This document shows, piece after piece, positions 47,121 through 56,735 of a DNA stretch of 64,000 nucleotides (positions are counted from its first letter, which is position 1; every line of letters starts with the position of its first letter). The notes below the pieces were generated by a model. That model saw only the letters and a program-made list of their open reading frames with translations, was not told the DNA's origin and did not search any database. The position numbers were made by a program, and so were the translations under genes. Source of the DNA: Bacillota bacterium (GTDB taxonomy: Bacteria; Bacillota; Clostridia; Tissierellales; Sedimentibacteraceae); the NCBI GenBank assembly GCA_023453025.1, contig JAEXUD010000058.1, positions 907 to 64,906 of the forward strand, read 5' to 3'.

Positions 47121-47867
47121 ATGAAAAGACTGGCTACGAAAAACATAACTGTCAGTTATGAAGGATCTAAAGTAATTGAAAATATCTCAATAGAATTAAA
47201 TCAAGGTGAAATAGTCAGCATTTTGGGAGTAAGCGGTGTCGGTAAAACCACATTGTTTAATGTGATATCAGGTTTGATAATTCCGGATTCCGGAACAGTT
47301 GAGCTTGATGAAGCAAATATAACAGGCTGTACCGGAATTGTAAGCTATATGCTGCAAAAAGACCTGTTACTTCCATATAAAACAATTATTGACAATGTTT
47401 CTCTCCCCTTGGTTATCAGAGGTGAGAAACAGTCAAACGCCAGAAAAACCGCATCTCCGTATTTTGAGGAGTTCGGACTGGAAGGAACAGAGAAAAAATA
47501 TCCTAATCAATTGTCAGGCGGAATGAGACAAAGAGCCGCATTGCTAAGAACCTATTTATTTTCTGACCAGGTAGCCTTATTGGATGAACCATTCAGTGCA
47601 CTGGACAGCATAACGAAGAGCAGCATGCATCAATGGTATCTCAATGTTATGGAACAAATAAAATTATCAACATTCTTAATAACTCATGATATAGATGAGG
47701 CTATCCTATTGTCTGACAGGATATATATTATGTCCGGCAAACCCGGCAAAATAACAGAAGAATTACTGATAAAGGATCCCAAGCCCAGAAGTAAAGACTT
47801 CATTGTAAGTGAAAGCTTTATGAAATACAAAAAACATATTTTAAATAAATTAGAAGAGGTTAATTAA
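47121..47867 (+). CDS. thiZ: Thiamine/HMP ABC ATP-binding protein (ThiZ-like)
   Basis: GVSGVGKTT, LSGGMRQR, LLDEPF, THD. Confidence 0.85.
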   Translation: MKRLATKNITVSYEGSKVIENISIELNQGEIVSILGVSGVGKTTLFNVISGLIIPDSGTVELDEANITGCTGIVSYMLQKDLLLPYKTIIDNVSLPLVIRGEKQSNARKTASPYFEEFGLEGTEKKYPNQLSGGMRQRAALLRTYLFSDQVALLDEPFSALDSITKSSMHQWYLNVMEQIKLSTFLITHDIDEAILLSDRIYIMSGKPGKITEELLIKDPKPRSKDFIVSESFMKYKKHILNKLEEVN

Positions 47868-47895
47868 GACTAATTTTAATATCAAGGAGAATCGT

Positions 47896-48564
47896 ATGGC
47901 TATTTTTGATAAATCCGCATCAGATTATGATGATTGGTACACAGATAAAAAAGGAAGCTTTGTTGATAAGGTGGAAACAGACCTTGCATTTAAATTGCTT
48001 GAAATCAAAGATAAAATTAAAATCCTTGATGTAGGCTGCGGTACCGGAAATTTCAGCGTAAAGCTTGCAAATATGGGATGCAAGGTAACCGGCATTGATA
48101 TTTCAAACGAAATGCTAAATGTTGCAAGAAAAAAATCGGCAGAGCAAAATCTTGATATAGAATTTTTGAATATGGATTTATATAATCTGGAATTCGAGGA
48201 TAATACATTTGATGCAGTAATTTCTATGACTGCCTTTGAATTTGTAGAAGATGTTCCTAAAGCTTTAGAAGAGCTGTTCAGAGTGGTTAAAAAAGACGGT
48301 CAGATATTGGTAGGAGTCATAGCAGGAAACAGCAGCTGGAGTGAATTATATGAATCAGAAGCATTCCAAAATACTGTATTTAAGTATGCTAATTTTAGAA
48401 CACCGGAAGAAATTAAAAACTGGAATAAGAAAAAACTCGTCCGCTATGGAGAATGTTTATTTGTTCCTCCTGTTGCCGATGACAGTGACTTTAATATGGA
48501 TACAGAAACAAAGTTATCAAAATCAACTAACGGAGGTTTCGTATGTGCTCTTTGGAAAAAATAG
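47896..48564 (+). CDS. Class I SAM-dependent methyltransferase
   Basis: ILDVGCGTG, GIDIS..ML, FDAV. Confidence 0.9.
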   Translation: MAIFDKSASDYDDWYTDKKGSFVDKVETDLAFKLLEIKDKIKILDVGCGTGNFSVKLANMGCKVTGIDISNEMLNVARKKSAEQNLDIEFLNMDLYNLEFEDNTFDAVISMTAFEFVEDVPKALEELFRVVKKDGQILVGVIAGNSSWSELYESEAFQNTVFKYANFRTPEEIKNWNKKKLVRYGECLFVPPVADDSDFNMDTETKLSKSTNGGFVCALWKK

Positions 48565-48806
48565 CATCATGCCAAATTTCATTCACTCCTATTGTAAGTG
48601 ATGATTATATCCGTGATGTAAAAAAGGTACTGGAAATTATAAATAATTCAGGACTTGAAAACGAAGTTGGTGTTCTTTCAACCTTTGTAAGAGGTAAAAA
48701 GAGCATGGTTCTGAAATTGATTACTGAAATATATGAAGCCATGGATGATGTATCCGGCTTTTCTATGGATATTAAGATTTCAAACATATGCGGCTGCGGA
48801 CAATAA
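48543..48806 (+). CDS. YkoF-like thiamine/HMP-binding protein
   Basis: CQISFTPIVSDDYIRDV..SGLENEVGVLSTFVRG; SD GGAGG; last gene of the TPP operon. Confidence 0.7.
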   Translation: MCSLEKIASCQISFTPIVSDDYIRDVKKVLEIINNSGLENEVGVLSTFVRGKKSMVLKLITEIYEAMDDVSGFSMDIKISNICGCGQ

Positions 48807-48821
48807 GTCCGCAGCTTTTTT
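48793..48821 (+). terminator. Terminator of the thiamine operon
   Basis: GCTGCGGAC-aataa-GTCCGCAGC-TTTTTT overlapping the stop codon. Confidence 0.85.
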
Positions 48822-48846
48822 GCTACGCAGTTTCGCACAATCATGC

Positions 48847-49158
48847 CTATTTGAATTTAACTGCGGTACCGTATGCCATTACCTCAGCCGCTCCCTGCAT
48901 AACTGCAGAGGAAGCATAACGAATATTAATAACAGCATCTGCGCCCAGAGCTTCTGCTTCCTGAACCATGCGCTTTGTTGCCAAAGCTCTGGCATCATTC
49001 ATCATTTCTGTATATGCTTTTAATTCTCCCCCTACCAGAGTTTTAAAACCCTGTGTGATATCTCTGCCGATATTTTTTGACTGAATTGTGCTTCCCTTTA
49101 CCAATCCAAGCATTTCAAGGTCTTTACCTGTAATATAATCAGTATTTACCAAGATCAT
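48847..49158 (-). CDS. ybjQ: YbjQ (UPF0145) family protein
   Basis: VGGELKAYTEMM..AR, LGADAVINIRY, AYGTAVK. Confidence 0.9.
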   Translation of the reverse strand: MILVNTDYITGKDLEMLGLVKGSTIQSKNIGRDITQGFKTLVGGELKAYTEMMNDARALATKRMVQEAEALGADAVINIRYASSAVMQGAAEVMAYGTAVKFK

Positions 49159-49363
49159 CCTCTTCACCACTCCTTACTTCTTTTATTCGTTCAATAAGAA
49201 CATATATGCTAACCCCTGTCAGAATCAATGGTATTATACCACATAAAATTTTAACCGGCAAAGGCATGCTGTCATCAAATAAACATAAATATGCAAATCC
49301 CAATAAATATAATAGTATAACAGCAGTTATTACAGCCGGGGCGATTATCTTCTTTTTATGCAT
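49139..49363 (-). CDS. Small two-TM membrane protein
   Basis: Two hydrophobic segments, ERIKEVRSGEEDDLGKY tail; SD GAGGTGG. Confidence 0.75.
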   Translation of the reverse strand: MHKKKIIAPAVITAVILLYLLGFAYLCLFDDSMPLPVKILCGIIPLILTGVSIYVLIERIKEVRSGEEDDLGKY

Positions 49364-49385
49364 ATTCCACCTCAAGAATATTATA

Positions 49386-49895
49386 TTATTTTAATTTGAT
49401 TTCATACATTTCATTTTTATCTTTTCCAGATGTCATAATACTGTAGCTTGTAGAATCCTCAGGTATTTCATAAACAATATAGCCTGTTTCTCTTATGCCC
49501 GGATCCAGCTTCCTGTTTTCAATATGATTATTTATATTGTTGATGGTATTTTGATACGAATTATATTCGTTTCCATGTTCGTCTACAAGCTTCAAATCAG
49601 GTACATATTCAAAGTCTTCATCTGTAGTATTTATTAATTCTAATACAATCAATACAAATTTGCTTCCTTCAGCCGCATATGCGGTCGAGCCATAATAAGA
49701 GCTGATTAATTGATTTTCTTCAACACTATTCACCTTCAAATCAAGTGTGTCAAGAGTAATTTCATCACCGATTTTTTTGTGAATATCTGTAGCATCACTA
49801 TTAGATTTCGGAGCGTATGTGCAAGCCGACAAAGTGATAACTATTAACGCAATTAAGATATAACGACTAAAGTAATTCATGTAAGCAGTTTTCAT
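49386..49895 (-). CDS. DUF4352-like lipoprotein
   Basis: Lipobox LSAC; KLDPG...GYIVYEIP. Confidence 0.75.
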   Translation of the reverse strand: MKTAYMNYFSRYILIALIVITLSACTYAPKSNSDATDIHKKIGDEITLDTLDLKVNSVEENQLISSYYGSTAYAAEGSKFVLIVLELINTTDEDFEYVPDLKLVDEHGNEYNSYQNTINNINNHIENRKLDPGIRETGYIVYEIPEDSTSYSIMTSGKDKNEMYEIKLK

Positions 49896-49988
49896 GTCTT
49901 CTTTCCCTCACTAATTAAAATATAATATAAAATATTTATATTATATTTTATCTCATTAGCCTTCCTATGTACACAGTTTTCTTCTGAA

Positions 49989-50978
49989 TTAGTTGGAATT
50001 TGCTGCTGACGCTGCTGCGCTTGATGCTATAACTGCTGTCATCGCGGCTTGCTGTGCTATTATTATGTTTGTTATGCTGTTAACTGCTGCTATATTAATT
50101 GCTTGTTCTGAAAATTGATTTTTATATTCTTGTGATACCAAAATAGCTGCATACATAATTCTTTGAGATTTCCCTGTCCCAAACGCACCAAAGCCTTTGC
50201 GTGACAGAAGATATTCGCTTACTTCCACTATATCATTTACAACCGTATCAATATTAACAGCAGTTATGGCCAGCAAGCCTAATACAGTCATCTCAACACC
50301 CGTTCCGAATTTTGAGTTTCTTTCTTTCAATTGATCAAATATACTGATAACCCTGTTGCATTTTTCGGCAGAATTTTCATCACCTAACGCTAATGTGTGA
50401 CTAAGCGACTGCACGGCATTTGATGAGAAAAATTTGGGTTTTAAATAATTATAACATTTTTCCATTTCATCAATTGCATCATCTTCCTGTAAATTGCTTA
50501 AGGCAGTTAAAACTGCGAAGATGCAGTCTTCACTTGAAGTCAGAAACGGATGTTCTTTTTTCATTTTCTGATAAATATTTTTAGCCTTCTCCACAATTCT
50601 TACACAATCATAACTTTCCGACAAATATGAAATTGTAAAGGCCGATAAAGGCAAGTATGATGAAGAATAAAATTCTTTTCTTAATGTATCATATATTTTT
50701 AATACTTCATTAAATTTAACTTCTGGATTATCTTCTAAGGACAGCATTGTTGCCAATGCCATAAATGGGATACCCTTAAAGTTAGAAAAAATACCTGTTT
50801 TTTCTTTTATAATATTCTTACTTGATTTTATTCTATCTGAATTAATTTCAAGCCCTCTTTCTGCATAGATGCTTGCACACAAAGGGTACATCAAGGAACT
50901 GTCCCATTTGAAATTTGATTTCATTATATCTCTGTTTTCAGCAAACAGCTTGCATCTTTCTTTTAATAAATCATTCAT
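49989..50978 (-). CDS. DUF4003 family protein
   Basis: MKKEHPFLTSSED, NAVQSLSHTLAL, Ala-rich C-terminus. Confidence 0.8.
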   Translation of the reverse strand: MNDLLKERCKLFAENRDIMKSNFKWDSSLMYPLCASIYAERGLEINSDRIKSSKNIIKEKTGIFSNFKGIPFMALATMLSLEDNPEVKFNEVLKIYDTLRKEFYSSSYLPLSAFTISYLSESYDCVRIVEKAKNIYQKMKKEHPFLTSSEDCIFAVLTALSNLQEDDAIDEMEKCYNYLKPKFFSSNAVQSLSHTLALGDENSAEKCNRVISIFDQLKERNSKFGTGVEMTVLGLLAITAVNIDTVVNDIVEVSEYLLSRKGFGAFGTGKSQRIMYAAILVSQEYKNQFSEQAINIAAVNSITNIIIAQQAAMTAVIASSAAASAANSN

Positions 50979-51023
50979 TGCACTTCCTCCTATTCTGATA
51001 ATTTTGTCATGCTGCTCTTTGTC

Positions 51024-51389
51024 CTAGTGAGCCAAAGTCAGCTTATCTACTGCTTGCTCCAAATTATCTGCAAAAAAAATATCATTTCCTTTGTTGCATT
51101 CATAAATGAAATCATGCAGCGGTTTGCTGGTATAGTTGGAATAATCACCAATTATGGCCAGTTTAAATCGGTAATTAACAATCTTTTGACAAATGTCACC
51201 TGCAATACCACTGCTGAGTATGAAAAACTTTTCATTTATTGCATGTTTGTCTAAAATAATTCGTCTGCAGTCTTTTTCATATACAATTGTCATCATAAGA
51301 TCGAGAGCCGATTGCATATCATTTATTAAAACACCTTCACTTTCAATATATACAATAGAATTATTCTTACCAAAAAAAGTGTATTTCAT
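51024..51389 (-). CDS. DUF4180 domain protein
   Basis: FFILSSGIAGDICQKIVNY, AIIGDYS..SKPLHDFIYECNKG. Confidence 0.88.
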   Translation of the reverse strand: MKYTFFGKNNSIVYIESEGVLINDMQSALDLMMTIVYEKDCRRIILDKHAINEKFFILSSGIAGDICQKIVNYRFKLAIIGDYSNYTSKPLHDFIYECNKGNDIFFADNLEQAVDKLTLAH

Positions 51390-51440
51390 TATTGCTCATC
51401 TCCTTTAACTATGTTTGTTCAGTTATTATTTCTCCTGTAT

Positions 51441-52001
51441 TTAAATGGTCTGTTTTTCATTGGTACTATCATCGATAGCTCTTCTTAAGTCTTGAATCCA
51501 TACCAGTTCATTTTCGTATTCTCTTTGAATATTATCGCTTATAAAACTCCATATTATTTTTTCCAGCGTATCCGCTGTGTCCGATAAAGAATATTTATTC
51601 TGTTTTTTATTTTTCTCCATTAGCAGCTGTATCTTAACTTGATTTTCATATCCGTCAAGCAGCATATTCAGTTCATTAGCATTAAGCTGCTTAGACCATG
51701 CAAGCTGAATAAGAAAGGGCTTCTTTATTTCATTGGGCTCGGATGGAGAAAGTACCCATTCTTTTAAAGCATCAAGCCCTTCACCGGTTATCTTATAGAT
51801 TTTTTTTGTGGGAGAACCCTCCTGATGCTTGATTTCATTAGTCACTAAACCTTTAGCAAGCAACTCTGTCAGTGATTTATATATTTGATTATTATTTCCT
51901 GACCAATACATAAAAGAAGAGCTTTGGATAACCTTTTTTATATCATATCCTGTCATTGGTCCGTGACTTAAAATACCTAAAATTGCATAACTGATTGACA
52001 T
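51441..52001 (-). CDS. PadR family transcriptional regulator
   Basis: AILGILSHGPMTGYDIKK, QIYKSL, KKIYKITGEG. Confidence 0.9.
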   Translation of the reverse strand: MSISYAILGILSHGPMTGYDIKKVIQSSSFMYWSGNNNQIYKSLTELLAKGLVTNEIKHQEGSPTKKIYKITGEGLDALKEWVLSPSEPNEIKKPFLIQLAWSKQLNANELNMLLDGYENQVKIQLLMEKNKKQNKYSLSDTADTLEKIIWSFISDNIQREYENELVWIQDLRRAIDDSTNEKQTI

Positions 52002-52019
52002 ATTTTAATCTCCTTTACT

Positions 52020-52062
52020 AATAACATATGTTAATTGTAACCTATGTTATTGGTGATGTCAA
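52020..52062 (-). promoter_or_regulatory. padR promoter with overlapping palindromic operator
   Basis: TTGACA-N17-TACAAT; AATAACATATGTTA-attg-TAACCTATGTTATT inverted repeat around the -10. Confidence 0.75.
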
Positions 52063-52097
52063 TAAAAAAATATTAGTGCATTATTTTTTCTTCATAT

Positions 52098-52162
52098 AAA
52101 AATATGCTCCTCCTGCAGTCAGCAGTTTCTGTTTTTAACTGTCTGCCATAAGGGGAGCATAT
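52098..52162 (-). terminator. Long-stem terminator after the B3/4 gene
   Basis: ATATGCTCCTC..GGGGAGCATAT with minus-strand U-tract. Confidence 0.6.
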
Positions 52163-52169
52163 CAATTTG

Positions 52170-52886
52170 CTATATTTCCAGTTCTCTGTTTGATATATTC
52201 ATATATGCAATGTCGGCGGTACCGCCCAGATATTTTACGGTAAGCTCAGCAAGTGTTTCTGTTGCTGCTTTTAAATCACTGCTTCTGTCAGGGTCTACGG
52301 ATTCTATAATAAGGAATGCATTTCTTGTATCTCCTGTCAGCATGGTACGCTGTCCGTCCCGCCAATTCCAGCATCTGCAGACTGCGCCCTCATCATCCTT
52401 GTAAATAATTTCACCTGGCAATGCGGTGCTGTAATCTTCATCACCGAGAGCCATAAAAAGCTCATCTCCTGCTGCCTTTGTTAAAAGCATGTCTCCGCTG
52501 AATGTATCAATATCCTCACCTCCGCATGGCAGACCGTAATTGAGAGACACAGAATTATAAATATCAACCAGGGGGTTAAGTGTGCCTACTCCGGAGCCTT
52601 TTTCAACACGCTTAAGCAATGCTTCGATGGAACAGCGTACTCCCTTCTTTGTTTTAAATTTCTGATATGCTTTTCGCCATACGGAAATCACTTTATTTTC
52701 ACTGAAGATTTCCTCAGTCAGAAATTTCTCTGCCTCCTTATTGCTTTCCTCCAGCATCTCTATTATGTCAGGTCTTACATCCTCTGCAAATTCCTCACTG
52801 TTGTTAATTCCTTTTGCCAGCACCACAGCAATTTCTGCTTCGGGAAACAGTTCCCAAAATTCTTCTGCTATAATAAATTTACTCAA
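52170..52886 (-). CDS. B3/4 domain protein (PheRS editing-like)
   Basis: RCSIEALLKR, NPLVDIYNSVSL, CRCWNWRD. Confidence 0.88.
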   Translation of the reverse strand: MSKFIIAEEFWELFPEAEIAVVLAKGINNSEEFAEDVRPDIIEMLEESNKEAEKFLTEEIFSENKVISVWRKAYQKFKTKKGVRCSIEALLKRVEKGSGVGTLNPLVDIYNSVSLNYGLPCGGEDIDTFSGDMLLTKAAGDELFMALGDEDYSTALPGEIIYKDDEGAVCRCWNWRDGQRTMLTGDTRNAFLIIESVDPDRSSDLKAATETLAELTVKYLGGTADIAYMNISNRELEI

Positions 52887-52965
52887 GCCTCTTCTCTCCT
52901 TCTTTATGACATCTTTATATTAATTACATTTTATCGTAATAAACTTTTTATGTCCACTTATTATA

Positions 52966-54318
52966 TTAAAGAATTGAGTCCGGCAGCGAACGGATACCGC
53001 GATAAAATGATATGCCTGTTATAACAGCAGAAAATCCGTCTGCAAATGGTGCTGCGTACAAAATCCCATTTAATCCCCAAACATGTGAAAATATGATAAT
53101 TGCAGGAATCAAAAACAGTACCTGTCTTGTGAGAGTCAAAAACATTGCAGATCTGGGACGTCTGATTGCCTGGAAGAAATTCGATCCCAGAATCTGAAAC
53201 CCGATTAGAGGCAAACACCAAAACCAGGCCCGGAGGGCATAACTTCCAAAGCTAATTAATTCAGGCTCCCGATTAAATAATGAAACCATCTGAGACGGAA
53301 ACAATCTTGTCAGTATCCAACCGGTTACAACAATAATTGTTGCTGCAATTATTGCAAGTTTTTCAGCCGATTTTATCCGGTCGTACTTCCTTGCCCCAAA
53401 ATTAAAGCTGACAATTGGCTGTACTCCCTGATTGAGTCCGATTACCGGCATCAAAAGAATAGTCTGTACACTGTTGATGATCCCCATTCCCGAAACTGCT
53501 ATGTCTCCGCCATAAATAAACAAATTTTTATTGAGTATAACATTGAGCAGGCTGTTGATTATCTGCATCAAAAACCCTGGAATTCCAAGAGATGTGATGT
53601 GGAAAACCGTATCATTTTTAAGCCTCATGTATTTTAACCTGATTTTATGATGGCCCCGCTTGCCTAAAAAATACAACATAATCCATGTCATGGAAATACA
53701 CTGAGACAGTATGGTAGCAAGCGCAGCACCGGCCATCCCCATCTTAAACACATAGATAAACAACGGGTCCAGCAGAATATTAGTTCCTGCTCCGACAAAC
53801 ATGGTAATCATGGCGAGACCCGGTTGACCGTCAGCCCGCAAAAAGCTGTTCATTCCCATACTGACTACCTGAAAAATTGCCCCCCAAAAGATAACTCTCA
53901 TATAAGCGGTAGAGTACGGCAAGACTGTTTCGCTGGCACCAAACAGACTCAAAAGCGGAGCAAGAAAAACCTGTCCTAATATTAAAAACAGCACTCCGCT
54001 GATTAATAAAAGAGTAAATGAATTCCCCAGGACTTCCTCTGCTTCCTCTGCTTTGCCCTCTCCCAGCTTTATGGAAAACAGCGTCGAACCGCCGACGCCA
54101 AATAATACACCCATTGAAAGTAATATAATCATAATCGGAAATCCTATCGTGATACCGGCTAACCCATTAGAGCCGAGATCCGGCGCATTCCCGATAAAAA
54201 TGCGATCCACAATATTGTATAATGCATTGACAATCATGCCGATGATTGCCGGAACGGAAAACTTTACTAATAAGCTTGATACTTTTTCAGTTCCTAGCGG
54301 ATTTATTTGTTCTGTCAT
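52966..54318 (-). CDS. MATE family efflux transporter (MepA-like)
   Basis: NALYNIVDRIFIG, NILLDPLFI, GAALATILSQ. Confidence 0.92.
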   Translation of the reverse strand: MTEQINPLGTEKVSSLLVKFSVPAIIGMIVNALYNIVDRIFIGNAPDLGSNGLAGITIGFPIMIILLSMGVLFGVGGSTLFSIKLGEGKAEEAEEVLGNSFTLLLISGVLFLILGQVFLAPLLSLFGASETVLPYSTAYMRVIFWGAIFQVVSMGMNSFLRADGQPGLAMITMFVGAGTNILLDPLFIYVFKMGMAGAALATILSQCISMTWIMLYFLGKRGHHKIRLKYMRLKNDTVFHITSLGIPGFLMQIINSLLNVILNKNLFIYGGDIAVSGMGIINSVQTILLMPVIGLNQGVQPIVSFNFGARKYDRIKSAEKLAIIAATIIVVTGWILTRLFPSQMVSLFNREPELISFGSYALRAWFWCLPLIGFQILGSNFFQAIRRPRSAMFLTLTRQVLFLIPAIIIFSHVWGLNGILYAAPFADGFSAVITGISFYRGIRSLPDSIL

Positions 54319-54761
54319 TTATTCCTCCAAATTTCTCTAAAATCAGTGTTGTCCACCTTTTTCACCATATTTTCCAGAGCGGTGAACATAATATTTACAG
54401 ACTGTTCCTCCAACCCCTCTATCAAAAAGCTGTTCCATTGACGTAACAGCTCATAAATTTTGCTTTCCTGTTTCAAGGCAAGCTCTGTCAAAAAAATTCT
54501 GTTTGCCCTGCGGTCAACTGTATCCTTTTCTTTACGTACAAATCCTTTCTTCATGAGTGACTGAACCATTCTTGCAGTCGAACCCTTGTCAATAACGAGA
54601 AAAGCCGACAATTCCTCCTGTGATACGCCGTCATGTCTAAATAAATATGTTAAGATCGGCAATTCAGACGAGGTAATATTAAGAGGCTTAAGCACCGCAT
54701 TCAAACAAACCTGGTTTTTCCGATACAGAATAGATACCAATCGACCAACGCTTTTTTCCAT
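54315..54761 (-). CDS. MarR family transcriptional regulator
   Basis: DGVSQEELS, IDKGSTAR, DRRANRIFLT; ATG after GGAGG; ATGA overlap with MATE. Confidence 0.92.
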   Translation of the reverse strand: MEKSVGRLVSILYRKNQVCLNAVLKPLNITSSELPILTYLFRHDGVSQEELSAFLVIDKGSTARMVQSLMKKGFVRKEKDTVDRRANRIFLTELALKQESKIYELLRQWNSFLIEGLEEQSVNIMFTALENMVKKVDNTDFREIWRNK

Positions 54762-54776
54762 CCGTTTCCTCCATAC

Positions 54777-54831
54777 AAATAGTTGACATAACAACTATTG
54801 TAATCATTATTAGTTGTTGTGTCAACTATTT
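54777..54831 (-). promoter_or_regulatory. marR-MATE promoter with twin palindromic operators
   Basis: TTGACA-N17-TACAAT; AAATAGTTGACATAACAACTA and TAGTTGTTGTGTCAACTATTT (20/21 inverted). Confidence 0.8.
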
Positions 54832-55031
54832 TTTAAAATTTAACAAACTTAAATTTACTTATATTATGAACGCGGATATCAGCAGTAAAACCAATCTCAA
54901 CGTTTTCAACCGGAGTGCATGCTTTAAATAAGATTGATATTATAATATCTTTGGATTATAATAATAGAACTATAGATTTTCATTTAATTCGTCAGAGATT
55001 GTGAAATTAAAAAATACAAAAGGGGATTTGC

Positions 55032-56678
55032 ATGCAGTATATAGCAATTATAGCCTTAGCTTCGCTTATCATAATAATTATATTGATTGTATCACATATA
55101 AAATCAAACAACAGAATAAAATCATGGCTTTCAGAATATTTCGGGAAAATACCGAAGCAGAAGAAATGTGAATTTGAAAGCATTGAAAGCTATCACCGCC
55201 ATAAGGAAGCATTTCTTGGCAGCTCTGAAGCAATAGACGATATTACCTGGGATGATCTTGATATGAATATTGTATTTAAGCGTATCAACACATGCCTCAC
55301 TTCTGTAGGTGAGGAATACATGTATGATGCCCTGCATCAGGTTCAAATCGGTGAAGAGGCTCTTTTGAAAAGGGAGCGTCTTATTGCCTGCTTGGAAGAA
55401 AATCCGGATATCATGCTGAAGCTGCAGATGAGTCTTGCTAAATCAGGAAAATACAACTACAGCGGTTTGGCTTCATTTGTTTTTGACCCCAGTGCAAAAG
55501 TATTGAAATATCCTTTTATGTATAACATTCTGGCAGTTGTTCCGGTAATATGCATCTGTATGGCCTTTTTTACACAGGCGGGTGTTTTATTGTTCATACT
55601 TGCAGGTATATTAAACGGTTTTGTTTATTATGGAACAAAATCAAAAATCGAAAGCGAGCTTTCAGCCATCAGATATTTTTCATCGGTATTGCATTGCATA
55701 AATAAAATATGCAAAATAAAAGGCTTTGAGGAATTTCCTTTTTCCGGCGAGCTGAATAAAAGCTTCAATATATTTAAAAGCTTGAGAACAAGCCTTTCAG
55801 GTATTTTACGAAAGGATTTCTCCGACATAGCAATCTTTGCGGAATATGTTAAGATCATATTTCTTATTGACATCCGCAATTACAACAAGTCAATACAAAG
55901 AATTTCAAAATATTCAGACGATTTTCATACGATGTACAAATGCCTTGGAGAAATCGATATGGCGATTTGTGTGCTTTCGTTCAGGAAAAGTCTGCCCTTT
56001 TATTGCCGTCCTGTTTTTCATGGTGAAAACTCCATATATTTTGAAGAATTGTATCATCCCCTGCTTTCTGTCCCTGTGCCTAACAGCGGAAAAATAAACC
56101 GCAGCAGCATTGTCACCGGCTCCAACGCCTCAGGAAAATCCACCTTTATAAAAGCATTGGCTGTCAACGGCATTTTGGCTCAAACAATTCATACCTGTGC
56201 AGCAAAGGATTTTAATTTAAGACCTTCACTAATAATTACTTCTATGGCAGTCCGGGACAGCATTTCAGAAGGCGACAGCTATTTTATAAAGGAAATAAAA
56301 TCATTGAAAAGAATACTTGATAAAGTGCAGAGTACCGCCTGCACATGCTTTGTTGATGAAATACTTAAGGGTACAAACACAATTGAGCGTATTGCCGCTT
56401 CGGCAGCCGTGCTTAAATATCTGCACAATACGGACTGCCTTTGTATAACTGCTTCACACGACATTGAGCTTACCCACATTTTAAGCGGTGAATATGACAA
56501 CTATCATTTCCGCGAATATATTGCAGATGACGGAATACATTTTGACTACAAGCTCAAGGAAGGTCCGTCTCAAACCAGAAATGCCATCAAGCTGCTGCAT
56601 TACATGAATTTTGACAGTCAGATAGTTGAAGATGCCGAATCAATGGTAAATAAATTCATTGATTCAAAGACATGGTGA
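55032..56678 (+). CDS. Membrane-anchored MutS-domain-V family ATPase (non-canonical MutS)
   Basis: TGSNASGKST, GDSYF..EI, FVDEILKGTN, SHD, RNAIKLL; N-terminal and central TM segments. Confidence 0.85.
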   Translation: MQYIAIIALASLIIIIILIVSHIKSNNRIKSWLSEYFGKIPKQKKCEFESIESYHRHKEAFLGSSEAIDDITWDDLDMNIVFKRINTCLTSVGEEYMYDALHQVQIGEEALLKRERLIACLEENPDIMLKLQMSLAKSGKYNYSGLASFVFDPSAKVLKYPFMYNILAVVPVICICMAFFTQAGVLLFILAGILNGFVYYGTKSKIESELSAIRYFSSVLHCINKICKIKGFEEFPFSGELNKSFNIFKSLRTSLSGILRKDFSDIAIFAEYVKIIFLIDIRNYNKSIQRISKYSDDFHTMYKCLGEIDMAICVLSFRKSLPFYCRPVFHGENSIYFEELYHPLLSVPVPNSGKINRSSIVTGSNASGKSTFIKALAVNGILAQTIHTCAAKDFNLRPSLIITSMAVRDSISEGDSYFIKEIKSLKRILDKVQSTACTCFVDEILKGTNTIERIAASAAVLKYLHNTDCLCITASHDIELTHILSGEYDNYHFREYIADDGIHFDYKLKEGPSQTRNAIKLLHYMNFDSQIVEDAESMVNKFIDSKTW

Positions 56679-56735
56679 ATATTTAAGCTTAGTCAGCAAT
56701 ATAAAACAGTTTTACTGCCTCAGCCTTGGATGTTT

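Noticed and set aside
51390..51443. PadR-DUF4180 fusion split by a single nonsense codon
   Set aside because: Same frame, but several stops lie in the linker and DUF4180 has its own SD (AAGGAG)
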